This document shows positions 28,201 through 43,200 of a stretch of DNA of 64,000 nt, in pieces; position 1 is the stretch's first letter, and each line of letters starts with the position of its first letter. Where the stretch lies: positions 9,926,973 to 9,990,972 of the forward strand of contig OZ037770.1 of NCBI GenBank assembly GCA_964035545.1, read 5' to 3'. The position numbers and the translations under genes were made by a program. The DNA comes from Bugula neritina (lineage: Eukaryota > Animalia > Bryozoa). The notes under the pieces were generated by a model that was not told the DNA's origin, made no database searches, and worked only from the letters and a program-made list of their open reading frames with translations.

Positions 28201-31200
28201 ATTTAATTTTGTTTTATCAGCTTCGCCAGTAGCAGAATACAGTTCTGGTCTAGTTGCTGCCGGGATGGTTGGTGTGTCGGCAGCAGAAAATCTCATGAAG
28301 AGTGAACTGACTCAAGGGGGAGGCAGTCTCTTTGATGAGGTTGATTTCACGGTATGTCTGACCTGGTCCTATTAACACTGGTCTGGTCTTACCAACACTA
28401 GGCTGGTTCTACTCACACTGGTCTGGTCTTACCAACACTAGGCTGGTTCTACTCACACTGGTCTGGTCTTACCAACACTAGGCTGGTTCTACTCACACTG
28501 GTCTGGTCTTACTGAAACCGGTCTGGTACTACTGATACTGGCTAATACTGGCCCAATCACCACTGGTGTGGTCCTACTAAACTGGTCGGGTCCTACTGAA
28601 ACTGGTCTGGTTCTACTAATACTGGTCTGGTCCAATTACCACTGGTGTGGTCCTACTAATACTGGTCTGCATTCAACTACCTTCTTCAACTACATAAAAT
28701 GTTTTGTTCCACTTCACTGCCTAGCTTGTTGAATATTTATAACATAACACTCATGTGGTGCAAAGAAAAGGAATGTTTTGACAATTACGCTCTTCTGCCG
28801 TGCAAAAAACTTGTATATTGTCTGCTGTTTTTCTCATTTCTCATACATTTAGGCCTTGGGGCATTCACTTCTATAGCCACATCCTTTCAGTAACCTTTGT
28901 CATGGTGCGATAACTCTAAATCAGGTTTCATTCTTATTTTAATGACTTCCCAATAACTCTGAATATATTTTATTAAAGAAAATTGCCAGATTAGAAGAGA
29001 AGAACATATTCCTATCTGAAGGAGATCTCCTGAATCTGTGGTTCCTGCTCTCCAAAGAGAAGAAGAAGCAGCAGGACAGTACAGACAGCGGCAGCATCAC
29101 AAAGCAGAAGGATGGGGTCAACGCTGTCGTGGATCTTCTCCTGAAACCAGATGGTAAGCAGGAAGTTCTGGTGTAGAATTGTGGGTAGGAGTCTTGCTAC
29201 AAGCTAACCTTGACACCTACCAGAGACCTCCGTGGTCTGGACAGATACCTTTTCTGGTTCACTATCTGTGGCGATGCTTAAAATTACAGTTTGACGAACC
29301 TTTTTAACTCTTGCTTAAATAATGTGAATACTCAGTTTACTTCTAGTACACGAACTTGGTTGTACAAGGAATTGGTGTGCTAAACTGGATCCTAAAGTTT
29401 AACATCTACTACCATTTTGATGGAATATAAAAACTTGTAGTACTTTAATCTAGAGACCTGACCTGTGGGGAGCCGATTTCCTTTTGGTAGAAGTTTCACA
29501 AAGAAACTGATTTGTACAATTTTCTTTCTATCAACATGCTGATAAATGCTGTAAAAAGTTGTTGCTAGAATTATTTAATTGACTGAATATGTTTCAGCGA
29601 TTCTAATTTTTAAATATCAAATATATTTTATTGAGACATCTAGTGAGATTTTTCATTATTATAGAACCAAAATTATAATAATTTAGGACATCAGACAGTA
29701 TCATAATAAAATTTATAACTATAAAACTAATATATAACTATTATTTATAATGATAATTAGTTACTTGAGTTTCACTCCTTCTGACAAAGCAGTGTGTGTA
29801 GCCTGTAACATATGCGTAACCTATCATACTTAACTTCTGCTTCACGTGGCAAGAATTTTGTTTCTGCTTTCACCTTGCAAAGTGAAATATTGATCTATAG
29901 CTTATGATATATTATTTATGTTGCGTGGCTCATTTCAGATTCTCCAGATAATGCTGAGTGTAAGTATTAGCCTTAAATACATTCTTTGACTTGGTGACTT
30001 ACCCTAGTCATACAGCTCAATGATTTACCCCAGTGACTTACCCAGCGTGTACCAATAGCTAGTCCTCTCTCTCAACATTTATATTAGTTTGCTATGCTCC
30101 TAAAATTTCAATTTTTCAAATCTTTCTAAGGTTTTGTAGATTATATAGGAAACTTTTGATCTAAGTTTAGTGCACTTTCATAGACATGGTGTGGCTTTAA
30201 TGTGTACAAATATTATTAACTTAAAATAAAGCTAACAAAGTAAGTTAGAGACTGCAATGCCCTAGTAGTTATAGGCCATATTCTGTAGCAGCTAATGCTA
30301 AATTTTTTATTTATAATTTCTTGTCTATACTGAAATAATGATTATAAATGTTTATAGTCATAGTATGTATTGTTTCTTGTGCATGCATGCACAATTGCAG
30401 TTCATTTGTAGTAAAATACGTGTTTTTCTGATTTTTAATGAACTACATTCTTGTGCGATTTTTTCTGGTGTCTGCATATCACCTCTCTAGTGCTCCAACT
30501 ACATGCATGAAAACTGTTTACACATACATGGTAGTTGTCTGCACACTTGTGGTGTTTACATTAAATGTAGTTTTCCACACATCTCTCTTTTTAATTGTTT
30601 ATCTTGTAGTTTTTATAATACTAGATATGATTAACGCTATCACAGTTGTAGATTTGTACTATAGCTCTACAGTGGTGTTTCTATTGCTATACAAATGTGC
30701 TAGTGTAATAGTACAGTTACCAGTATGTGTCTATTTTGGACCTCAAGCTATGCTGGCCTTAGATCACCCAATACCAGCTCTGCACTGTATCGTTGTGGAA
30801 ATTGAAATGGCTTCCGTCTCTTTGCTGCTTTGAATAGCTTCCCCATTTGTTTCTGGTCTAAGCTAAATTTTACTTCCTCGGTTTAGTTTGTTTTCTACGT
30901 GATGCATTATAAATGTACCAACTCTAGAGGTTCTTGTTACAGCACTGACTATTCACAACTACGCGAACAGAGAGCTCAATGCTGAAGAGGACGAGGAGTT
31001 TGTAGATGCTCTTGACGAAGATCCCGATGAACGTCTGTTGCTTCCGGGACTTCGCGGATACTCCGGCACCGGGTTTCACACTTTGGTTTTCACCAATTTC
31101 TCTATAGGTGGTACGTATCACCACGGAACACACGTTTTCCACCTGTTTTTATATGCCACGGCTGTCATGTCTGACAGCTTTTTTATGTTGAATATTTTAG

Positions 31201-34200
31201 AGGTGTCACTGAAGCTTCTGTCCGGATTGCAGGAGTACCTTACCATAGCTGTCAATGATGTCACTGGACAAGCCTGCAGAACCACCTGCTGTACATCTGT
31301 TCAAGTGCAACTCCGTTCTTTCACCATCTTAGATAACCTGCATTTAGGTATTTCTTGCCTGGTAGTTCAGGTGTTAATTTTAATGACTCAGTTACAATGA
31401 AATTCTGTTATTGTAAATAACATTCTTTATCATGTTGCTAATTCTAGAGCTTTGAGTTGTAAAATTACTCTATTCAACTGTTGGCATTTTACTGGGTCTT
31501 GACTAACCTAGACTTTATAGTAATTCAATAATTATAAACAATCAATCATGATTTTGTAGTATAATAGTGTTATTTTAATAATTATATTTTATCATTGAGA
31601 ATAGCAAGTCTTTATAATGTTGTTAATTTTATAATTTCAAGTTAGAAGTCACATTAATATTAACTGAAATCGTTTAACCCAACATAAATGGTTTAATTTG
31701 TATAATAATTCAATAACTGTATACAATTGACTATAGTTCTGTAACATAATCATTTGAATATAATATTTAGATGTGAACAGACAGAATCTGTACATAGCCA
31801 AGTCTCCTGAAGCTGAGTCAATGGCTACATTTGAGGGACAGTTTATAGATGATGTGCAAGCTATAGACTTTAGTGATGTCTCTAAGTCTATGGTGTTTAC
31901 CATGAACTCTATCCAGCTGTGCATTCAGGACCGATCAACTTCTCAGATTCTCAACAGAGCTCAGAAGATTTCTAAGCTGTAAGTTGACTGTGTGTACTAC
32001 TCAGTTACACCATACTTTGGTATTGTGTGGCCACACTGGTATGGATTTGTACTGCAACTCTACTGTGGTGTTCCTGTCACTGTGCAAATGAGCTATTGTA
32101 ATCTTTTGTTTTGTTTTTTTGATCAAAAAAGTTCAATAAGAAGTAGAAAACATATGGGGTGCCACCCAAAAGAAGGTAATGATGGATGACTATTTATTTG
32201 CCAGTAGAGAAGCTAATGGAGGCACCTTTATGCATCTATTATAAACATAGCAATGGACCAGCATTAAGTCACCCAATACCAGCCCTTCATTCATTTGCTG
32301 CGGACTTATTTTTACACAGTTTTGCACTGTGACTTGTAGTTGACTTGTTATTTGCAGACAATACTTATAATATATTGCTATCTCATTGTAGTAATGTTGT
32401 TTACTTTGTTACCACGGTTTCCTTTCTAGCCTCACTGTCCTGCAGAAGTCTGAAAGGCCACAGGAACCTCCCCATGAGCCTCCCATTATTGCTTCTCGGG
32501 CCACAAGTCTACAGTCCGTGCCGGCTACGGTAGCAGATCGAGATGTCTTCTACGACGCTCGGTCAAAGTTCGATACGGCAAGTCTGCTCAGCAAGAGGTC
32601 AATGTCTCGCAGGTCAATCGACTGCCAGGAGTCTCGGACACAACCCAGTCAACAGACTCGTAGAAGTAAGTTGGGAGTTGTCCACTACTGAAGGGTACGC
32701 AATGGTAGTAATTGCCATGGGTTTTTTATTGGAGAATAACCATTCTTTTTATGTTTATTTACAGAACTTTATGTTTCCAGAATAGTTTTTTGTCTTTCTG
32801 TGACCCACGCCTGCCGTATACACGGATATGGTTGTGGTTGATAACATGTCAACATTAATGAAAATGTATTTCTCGTTTTGCGTTGTGAATTATATTTTTT
32901 ATGACAAAGTTTGTTCGAAGCTGGTGGTATGACAGTCATTTGTAATATTCTTTGAGTTTCTTTCTTTGCCTGAAATAGAGCTCTGCGGCATTGCTTTCTT
33001 TACTGACTGCAATTCTTGTACTCTTTCCTTGTTTACACCACTTATCTAACGATGTCCTAAGTAAAGAGTTTAGCTAGCAGTGGCAGCTTCACAGAAACAT
33101 ATCTGCGCTTATTATTGTTATGAAATCAGTGTCGCTATGGTTATAAAATCACACAAGTTTATAGTCACTACACCTCTGAGAACTCCTGATGGAAAGGGTT
33201 TTTAAGGCGGGCTAAAAACTTTTTCATATGTGGCTAAGGAGCAATTATGACTGGATGCTCTTCCTAACATCATCAATGGCCTTTACTGGGCATCAGACCC
33301 ATGACCTACAATTTACTATGGCTGTACTCTAACCCCAAGACTACGGCTGCTCCTTAAATGTTGTTTATAGTTATTCATATTTTCATTTTATGGAGTACAC
33401 TTCTAGTCATCATCCACTAAGTTTCTGACTGTATCCTCTGCTATTTAGTTCGGAGGAAGGCTTCAAGGAGAAAAGTGGAAGTGGTAAACCTTCATGTCAA
33501 GTGTTTGTTACAAGGCGTGTCACTTGAACTGCAGCGAGAGTTCAGTATCATAGCTCAACTGGATGTTAAAGGTAATCTCATTGGATTGTTACTGCTCCAT
33601 ACACTTTGTTGTATAATATCTTCACTGGTCAATGATTCTTAATATTTTATTTCTATTCTCATCTAAACAGGTAGTTTGCTAGTTGGTCAACAAGCTTTTT
33701 TTAAAATGTTTGTTATTATTAGTTGTACTAGTACTACTTTTACTGGTTGTACTATTACTATTATTACTAGTTGTAGGCCTACTACTGCTGCTGCTACTAT
33801 TACTACTACTAATGCTACTACTGCTGCTGCTACTGCTACTATTACTACTACGACTGGTTGTACTGCTACTACTACGACTGGTTGTACTGATACTACTACG
33901 ACTGGTTGTACTGATACTACTACGACTGGTTGTACTGATACTACTACGACTGGTTATACTGATACTACTATTACTGGTTGTCTGATACTACTATTACTAG
34001 TTGTACTGTGTAGGTGTGAGCGGAGAGTACAAACTAATGAATGCTCAATGGTCAGTCTCTGCAAAGTTAGAGGCACTCTCATTGGTCGATCCTTTGGTGA
34101 GTATTTGCTAGACTTGGGTTACTCCGCTATTCTATGCATGTTTGGGAAGTATGATGATGTGTTTAATGCGTGTGCCATTCCAAGGTGAAACGTTGTTCAA

Positions 34201-37200
34201 GATATTATTTAGAAGGCTAGTACTTTTTCATATTGAGGAATTCTGAACGGTAATCACTACAGAGTTATTTCTCATGTGATGGGGAAACTTGAAACTAGTA
34301 AATACGACAACATAATTATATCTCAACTCGTTATATTGTAAATTCACTATTCACTGTACTTCGGATAGACTATAAAATGGGTAAATCCCAAACCTTCTAA
34401 TAATACTGAGCAGTGCCAGTTATCAGAATACTCCAACAGTTAAATTTTCTTCAAGCAAGTTGTTCTTCAAGTCAAGTGGAATACTTAGCTAGCATGTGGG
34501 ATAAACTTTACTGTAAGAGTTAAAAAATTTACTGCTTGGTAGCTCTATATATGTGAACTTTATGATTTTAATTCAATTTTTTCTCTTTAGTAGGCATATT
34601 CGAGTTTTTATTAATTGATGAGTTACCATACTAAGTCAATAATTCACATTCTCTACACATCCTGTTGTTTTACTTTGAGACTGTCAAACGATCAGATTAA
34701 GAAAACAATATGCGTCGATAATGTAGAGGAAAATTTTCTTTCCAGCCCAGAATTTTCCAAAAAAAGATTTCAAAATCATCAAATCAGCTGATCAATTGCA
34801 GGCTCATAGAGCTATATTGATACTCAGTGATTCCTCCCCTTACCATTGATTGCAACTATTCTACTCCCAGGCACCAATATACAAGCAGGTGGCTGTGGTG
34901 GAGAAGGGCTTGAAGGAAGTTATGACTCTAACGTTCACTTCTTTCAACCAATCAGTGCAGGCTAATGAGTCATGTGACCAGATTGTGAAAATAGCTCTAA
35001 GAAGGATGCATGTGATATATGTGAACAAGTTCATATCACGTTTACTGGTATATATACAGTTTTCCTTTAATAGTATATTGCAATACAGTTTCTTTACGTC
35101 AAGTGTTTTGCATATAAACAAGTAATGACCAATTTTTCAGCACACCATAATTAAAATGCCATATGTGTGTGTAATTTTTAGTGAAACTTTGTTAATTTAA
35201 GTTTCGCGTCATTTTTTTAAAATTTTGGGTGTTTAGAATTTCCTTGGGGAGTTTTCATCTCGAGAGACTGTAGAGAGAGTACATGAGACATCGAGGAGCA
35301 AGATCTCTACGACGGCTATTTCAGCTCACCAAAAGGGAACACGGATGATAATCTTCATGAAGGTATGGCTCCAATGTAGCAGTTTAAACCTTAGCTCTTC
35401 ATCTCTCTATGCTTAGTATCACTGGTTTCTCTGTTATTGATTATATTATGTCTTTCTTATGACAACACGTTATTATTTTTGTTTAGCATTTATTTAAACA
35501 TAGTTGGTGGTTACGCAACATCAAAAAGTTGTAGATTTGATCAGCTTTTCATGCCTGATTTTCATCTCAGCATAAGTGACAAATCTCGAGCTATTGGGGA
35601 CACAATTATCAATCACAACCAAACACTTGAAAGCTCAAAGCTGCAGATGTTCTGCAACTGCTCACTTGCATTGAATTATGGGAAATATTTTCCATATTTC
35701 CTCACATCTTTCAATTAAATGGCGAACTGCTACTTTTGATGATGTAAAAGACTGAATTTTTAAAGCCTGTGGTCTTATCAATCAGAAGAATTAGTAATTG
35801 TGTTCTACTGACAGGCAAAAGCTCCACTGATAGTGATGCCGGAGAACGACCAATCAGAAACAGCCTTACTGCTGAGACTTGGGGATTTGCACATCACCAA
35901 TCAGTTTGTCACGGAGCAAGTTCCGAGTCGGAATATTACTAGCGAGCAGATATTTGATGAAATGACCTTGAACCTTGAGAACATTGCCATTGAAGGGTAC
36001 GGAGCTCAGATTACTGTTTAGTGTTTGTTAATGACCTCAGTCATTTTTGTGTAGGATGAGTCATGATTTCTTGCAAATGATTGCCAGCTAAATTGCAATA
36101 TTACCCCCATATTTGCCTACAAGATAGAGAGTGTAGACATTTTATATGTGTGTTATCACTACTAGTGTATATACCTATCTGTAATGGTGTTTTATATTAT
36201 AGCACTAACACAATACATACTTATGTAATGTATGTATTATGCCAGACTAACTTATTGCCAGGTAGTGGTTGTTTTGTGCAGTTTACTGACAATATATTAC
36301 AGTCTTTCAGTCATTGTTAAAAGATGCAACCGCATTTGGTTATGCGAATTCTTGAAGAGACTGAAGCCTTGCTTATATTCCCACAATATATAATATACAA
36401 ATTAATCCCACAATTTTTATAACATCAATAAAACAATTCGTTAATTAATATTATTACACATAGAAATTAGTAAGTTAGAAAAGTAGCAGATAAATAAATG
36501 TTGATATCAAATACTAAACAATGGTAAAATATAAGCCTGCTTGGCAGTGAAACGCATTGCAGTGTGGAGTCATCTCTTGTACATTATAAGTCTTGGCTGA
36601 TATACTTGTATGTCAGAGAAGTTTAAACTCTGTTGAATGCTGTCCATGTTTTTCCAGATTATCTTTTTTCATGTTTCTTATGCAAGATTGTTTATCTTGC
36701 GGCATTTTCATGCGCATGCAACAGGCAGTTTATATTGTGTTTTAGTTAGAACTTACATCTGTCACTCTTCTTACATCCATGTTACTATGTTGCAGCATTA
36801 CGTACGTCAATGAATATACTTATATCAAAAGACGGGATCTTCTCACCCCTATAAATACCAATATTCTCGTAAAAAGAGCTTTACCTCCAGTAGCAAAGAG
36901 TGTCAAAGATTTCCAAATAGAGGCCAACATCAATAGTTTTACGGTAAGCGAATTTCTCACGCTGTTAAACTGGGGAACTGTATGCTTCAGATGAATGGAA
37001 ATTGGACTCACTACTATATCGCATGGGGTCTACAAGGTTGCACAGTAGACTTTAAAGGATGGTTTTTGTGCTATTAGTGAAATGTTGAACCAAGTTCTAT
37101 TTAGTTGGGAGTTGATATTTCCTGCAGTTGAACTAATGGTACATCGCTTGGCAATCTGAAGCCACCAGCTCCAGTGATATGATAACACACAGTATAATAG

Positions 37201-40200
37201 TCATCTAGTTGCATATAAACAGTGTTACGTATAATATATAACATTATCTAATAATATATATAACATTATCTAATAATATATATAACATTATCTAATAATA
37301 TATATAATATATAAAATTAAGTATAGTATCATATATAATATATGTTAAATATAATATTATATCTAATATATATTATATATGATATTATATATTACATATA
37401 TTATTATCTAATATTTATATTCGTACTTCGGTATAACATCTCATTGTTGATTACTTTTTATTCCTCAGATCTACTACACTGTAACAATAAAATATCATAG
37501 CTATTGACTATACTATATGCTGCCTCAGCTGTACGCTGCCTCAGCTGTACGCTGCCTCAGCTGTACGCTGTCTCAGCTATATACTATATACTTGCATCTT
37601 CAGGTTGAGGTGAGTCAGCTGGACATGCAGATGTTCGGCAGAGTCATCTACGAGAATGTCATGGTGTCCGCCCAGAAATCTGTTTCCTATGGTGAGATAT
37701 TTACACCTCTGAGGATGTGAAATATTATACCTTATATTGTAATATACTACAGTTCAGTTTCTAATTTATTACACTGTATATTATTATTCTATGCTCCATT
37801 TTTTTATAGTATTGCAGTTTAGTTTATTATATGATGTGTGTGCGCACATGCAGGGGGAGGAAGGTGTGCGTGTGTGTATAATTATATAAAATACCTATTT
37901 TCTACCCCAAACTAACTTTTCCAGTTAAAAATGTAGAAAATCTCAGCTTTGCCTATATTTACTGCTTTTCTAATTGATAACTAGCACTTTTCACCGTCAT
38001 ATAATATGTCATATATGATTCGTTTTACCAACTGAATCTTATTATTTGTTTCTTGGCTTTATTTCCATTCTTTAGCAGCAAGCAATGCCCGTAAGTATAG
38101 TTTTATGATTGGTCTACACGTTTTATTAGCTCATGTTTATCTTCAGCCTGCTTGTTTGCTTTTCCCTGATTGGCCAGTTTGACTCCCAATAGGGCTATCC
38201 GAGACACTTGATTCGAGCAACACTGCCTGTAGTTGAAGTGTTATGTTCCCCGCATAGATTAGTTTGAATGTTAATACACTGTTTGGTTTTTTCACCAAAT
38301 TATAGATTTTGCTTCAAAGTTTAAATTTCATGTAATTAAAGATATGCTAATTCAACAAAATAGATATTTTTATGTGTTTTATGGCAGTATTTAACAGAGA
38401 ATGAAATATGAGCTATTAGACATGTGTGTATGTGTTAAATGAGTCATTTTACTTAATTTAGTACACACTGGAAATCTCCAGTTTTTAGCGATTTTTTTAC
38501 AAATTAGCTGCTAATGAACAAGGGTTTTTGCCCAAAACTAGTAAAATATGAATGAACACACCTAAATAATTGAGGTTCTTCCTAATTTTGCTTGATTTCC
38601 CATGTTTTTTTTCTAATTATTCAGCAACTTTTGATTGCACAGTGTTATGAAAAAACCATAACTCTCCAATATCAAAAGTAGCTGAATAATTAGAAAAAAA
38701 ATTTCCAGTGTGTACTAAATTAAGTAAAATGACCCACATGTTTTTTCTCTTTTTATATGTTAGCAGAATTCCAAATGTTTATTAAAAATTGTCTAATCTT
38801 TCTTACACTTCAGCTATGTCAAGGTCGTTCAGCCCATGTACATAAAAACTTCTAGAATTTAACTGACTACTCTACACAGAAGTGTTGATTCACAGACACC
38901 AAAAGTCAATTTAGTGTTTTCCAGTCATTTCGGAAATAATAACTCTTTCGTCATTGGCCGAACTATCTAAGCTCGCTCAATGCTATTCCTTTTGAGATAT
39001 TGTTCTTCACATACTTTGATTATTGGCTGACTTTGCTTTGGCAAGTTGATTGAGAAATTCAAAATATGATTGGAAACTCTTACATCTTTGAAATCATAAA
39101 TTTCCAGTGTGTATACAGCGTGACTCATTACTTTTGCCCCTACATTCCATTATCTCTTTCAAAGAAATGTAATTACTGTATTGTTAACATCTGTTTAGTA
39201 TCTCTTTAGAAGTGATTAGGCTGCCTTTCTTGATTGTCGTGTCTTTTAATAGTTTTATTTGATAATATAGTCATACAGTTTATATTATATGACCCAGTTT
39301 TAATATTTTTACGCTATTCCATGATATAAAAAGACGAGGTTTCTGAAGAAATTGTTTTAAGTTTTTATAACACACTCGCGATTTTTTTTATAAAATTAAG
39401 AATCAAATAATGGTTTCTCTTTAAATTCCCGAATATAGGTAACATGGCTACTAAACTTATTACTAATATGGAACAGTTGAGGTTTAGTGGTTAAAGTACT
39501 GGATTGGTAAACTCGGGTCAGCGGTGATGTTTGGAAAAGCATCCAGTCATAAAATTTGCTTCTGTGCTTCGCATGAATAAGTTCTTAGCATGCTTTAATA
39601 AAACCCTTTCCATCAGGGATTTCTCACAGGGATAACGACTATAAACTTGCTCTGGTTTTTTATGGAGATAGACTTGTACCCAGTTGTTAGTCTCACAGAT
39701 CTGTATCTGTGATTTACAGATGTGACGGACGTTGGCTCCACCATCTCTTCCGCAATCAGCAGTACTACTTCGTCCTCTTCCTCCAGCGCCAAAGCACTGA
39801 CCATTCACTTGTGTCTGGGTGGAGCTAACCTTCACCTTAAACATGAACACTCAACTCCTGCAAGTTCCATATATCTATTAGCACTAGTGTTTTTATTCAG
39901 TCACATTTATCTTTTTCGAAAAAAAGTTCTTTATCTGAATGAGTCATCAACCTGCAGTTCTTCTGTATTCACATAGACTATAGAGTTTAGAGTTAAAATT
40001 CTTTGTCTTCGTATTTGTGATTTAAACTTTATTCCATGACTTGAAAATATATGTGACTCAAGTGATCACCTCATATGAATATATATATGACTCTACAACT
40101 AAATTTTCTCCTAAGAAATTCTAAAATTGACTGTCAGTCATAATATTATCGATACATTATAAATGAGACTGAGTCATCTATAACTAAAAACTAATTGTTC

Positions 40201-43200
40201 TATGAGCTGCTCAGAGTTGGGGGTGGCTGAGTGCAGTAGTTTGGGATTCTCAAGTTTAGAGTTGAGGGACCTAGCTCCAAACTTGAGAACACTCAACTAC
40301 TGCACTTAGTCACCCCCAACTCTGAGCTGCTTTTAAAACAATTCACAACATAGTGCTTCATCTGCGATAATCTGAAACGTATAGCTAGGTCAACAACTGA
40401 GCACCAGGAGCCATTTCATGTGAAACCAGTTTTAGTACAGTGCTGAGTGTTTTCAGTTGATCATGTGATATCTTTATGCTGTGTTGTTATTTATTCACCT
40501 ACAGAACCCTCTGGAGGCTCCAAGCGAGAACTTGGCTGTACTCAATGTGTCCAAGTTGAACATTGACTTCAGTAAAGGAAAGAAGGACTCGTCAATTGAC
40601 TGTAATGTAGCCCTAAGTGGCTTCACGGTCTTAGACCAAGTTCCTACAGATCAAGACAACGGCTTCAGCACTAACAAGTACGCTCGTGCATATAACTGTA
40701 GCTCAAAATGTAAATTGCTCTGAATTAAATCGTTTGATAAAAATTCATATTTGAAGATATTAAAATTTCAGTTTTACTAATTGTCGGCAGTTTGGTTGAT
40801 AAACAGAGTAGTTTATAGCATCTTCAACTTCTGGTTTTGCTAGAAAAGTTAGTTCAAGTTTGTCTGTAATCATCTACCATTTATGTACAGTTTTTTCTTC
40901 TAAATGTATTCTAGCCAGTTGAAAAAAGTTAGACAATATCACTTAATAGCTATCGGGGCTTTTGCATCTCTCTTCATATAATGACTATTCCGTGCTGTTA
41001 GACCTTCACCTCAACAGCTTATAGATGTACTTAAAGTCACTGAATATATTACTTGCCAGTGTTAGTTTACACTAGTATCATATAAGGGCTCACAGCTGGC
41101 ATATCTTACTTACAGTGTTATAGAGCTGGAAGAAGGAGACAAGGAAGTTCTGCTCGTCAAATACAATCTAGAATCTTCCGGTGACTCATCCGTCTGCTGC
41201 TCAGTGCAAGGAATGAGGTTCAATGTGAACATGCCATTCGTGAAGAGCGTGATGACCTTCCTCAATGACTCTTTTACTACGTGGAAGTCAGCTGAACCCG
41301 CACCGTCTCTGAGACAGCCGTCTAGACACCGTCACCGGGCAGCGCGCAGACCTAACAGACTCAACACTGCTGGTGTTAACCATATGTCCTCTGTGTTCAG
41401 TCTCGTGTGAACTATGTGTCCTTTTACTCTTTAGGGTTGTCAATGTTGTAACTTTATCAATAAGTTGATTCAAATTGGAGATCAAGTTTTATTCAAAGCC
41501 TGCATTATATTTTTATCAAGTTCTTTGGGTTTTTCTTAGCTCAGGCTGCTCTGTTGTTTTCTCTCTAAATTATGTGACCAAATTAAAGAATCTCTAACAC
41601 ACTAAACTTATGCAGCATTAAAATATTCATATATACATCTTAGCTATTATCTACAGACTGTTTGTGTTTGTTTGAGAATAAAACCCTTAGTCTGTAAAAG
41701 ATAGCTGAGATATATAATAATATTCTAATGCAGCATAAATGAAGTGTGTCAGGGATTCTTTAGGTTCGCTCTATGATATTTATCAAGAGCTCTAATTTCA
41801 TTTCAGGTCAACTCAGTGTGTCCGCAAAGAAACTGTCTCCCGCCCGACCTGGTCAGATCACCAGTGACCATGTGGATTCACAGGTTACAAAAATGACTCT
41901 CACCTTGACCTTTGGGAAACAAAGTCTCTTTCTGGCGTCCGCAGACGGCAGTCTAAAGGTAGTGATGTGAAATTGTCTTCACTAATTTGAAATTTAGTTT
42001 AAGTATCAGCCACTATCTATGCTTGCAGTTTGATGGCATTTCATAAACTGGTCCATTAAGTTCCATAGAAAATGTCATTATTATTAGTACAAATGTATTT
42101 AAAAAAATTTCGTCATTTTACTATTTTACTAATCAATCATATATCGGGCATCTAAATACGTGATAAACGCTACAGTTTTTAAAAGTAGGCAAGTATTTTC
42201 CGTGGACAGTTGAATTAATTTTTGGTGAAGTATTTTTATTTCAAGAATTTTGAACAGTTGTTGTGTGTAATATATCGAAGTTTCTAGCAGGCAATAATTA
42301 CCAACTCATGAAAACTCTGCATACACCTGTAACACGTTTACCTATCTTGATACCAGTTCTGGCGCTATTTCTAGGCTCTGGTGGCGGAACTGGATATAAG
42401 AGGAAGTGCTGACATGATATCCAACGGCAGCATACATGCCTCCCTGTATCTAAACAACCTGTCAGTTTTCAGCACCAGTTTACGCAGCGAGGAATCTCAT
42501 CTGAGACATGAGGTAAGACAACTCTCGGTATGGTAGGATAACTCTAACTAATACTGTGTGTTAGCTCACATTATACTATCCATGGTAAGACAACTATGTT
42601 TAGTACGGCTTTTTAATTGAAATGGCTAGTTTGATGTTGACTAGTGTGATATTTTTTTGTAATAATATTACAAAAAAAACATATTCTGTTGATACGGTGT
42701 GTGCTGATAGGAATAATTTGTTTTTGGTAAACAACTTAGCATAATATAAATGTATGTTACTGTTCAGTGCTGTCGTATTTATCACTAAATGTGTTTAAGA
42801 ATGTTATTAGCACACGAATGCTTGGGGTCCACTGTGTTGTATGATTAGTCAGTTGTGTAGGTCTTGTTATCTCTGTGAGGGTTTTGATTGAGTATGCCTA
42901 CCTTAATCATCAATATTCACCAAAATTTATTTCCCTCTTTGATTACAAGTTATGATTTTATACTATGATATCATGATCTATCAGGTGCCGTTTTTACACA
43001 TATTCATACTTTGATAATTATATTATATTATTATATCACATAGTAGGAGAGGGTGGGCTAGTTTAACCAAAAATTGCGTTTTTGAGCATAAGTTTTAGAG
43101 AAACTATATTAGCATGCTATAATATCATAGTATATTATCATACTATAATATCTTCACGTGTTCTACATTATATATGTTTGTGTTTCTATCTTAGTGTCTA

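Noticed and set aside
33676-34188. Thr-rich mucin-like and poly-Leu ORFs
   Set aside because: Trinucleotide-derived repeat; the real exon (34014-34096) is in a different frame.
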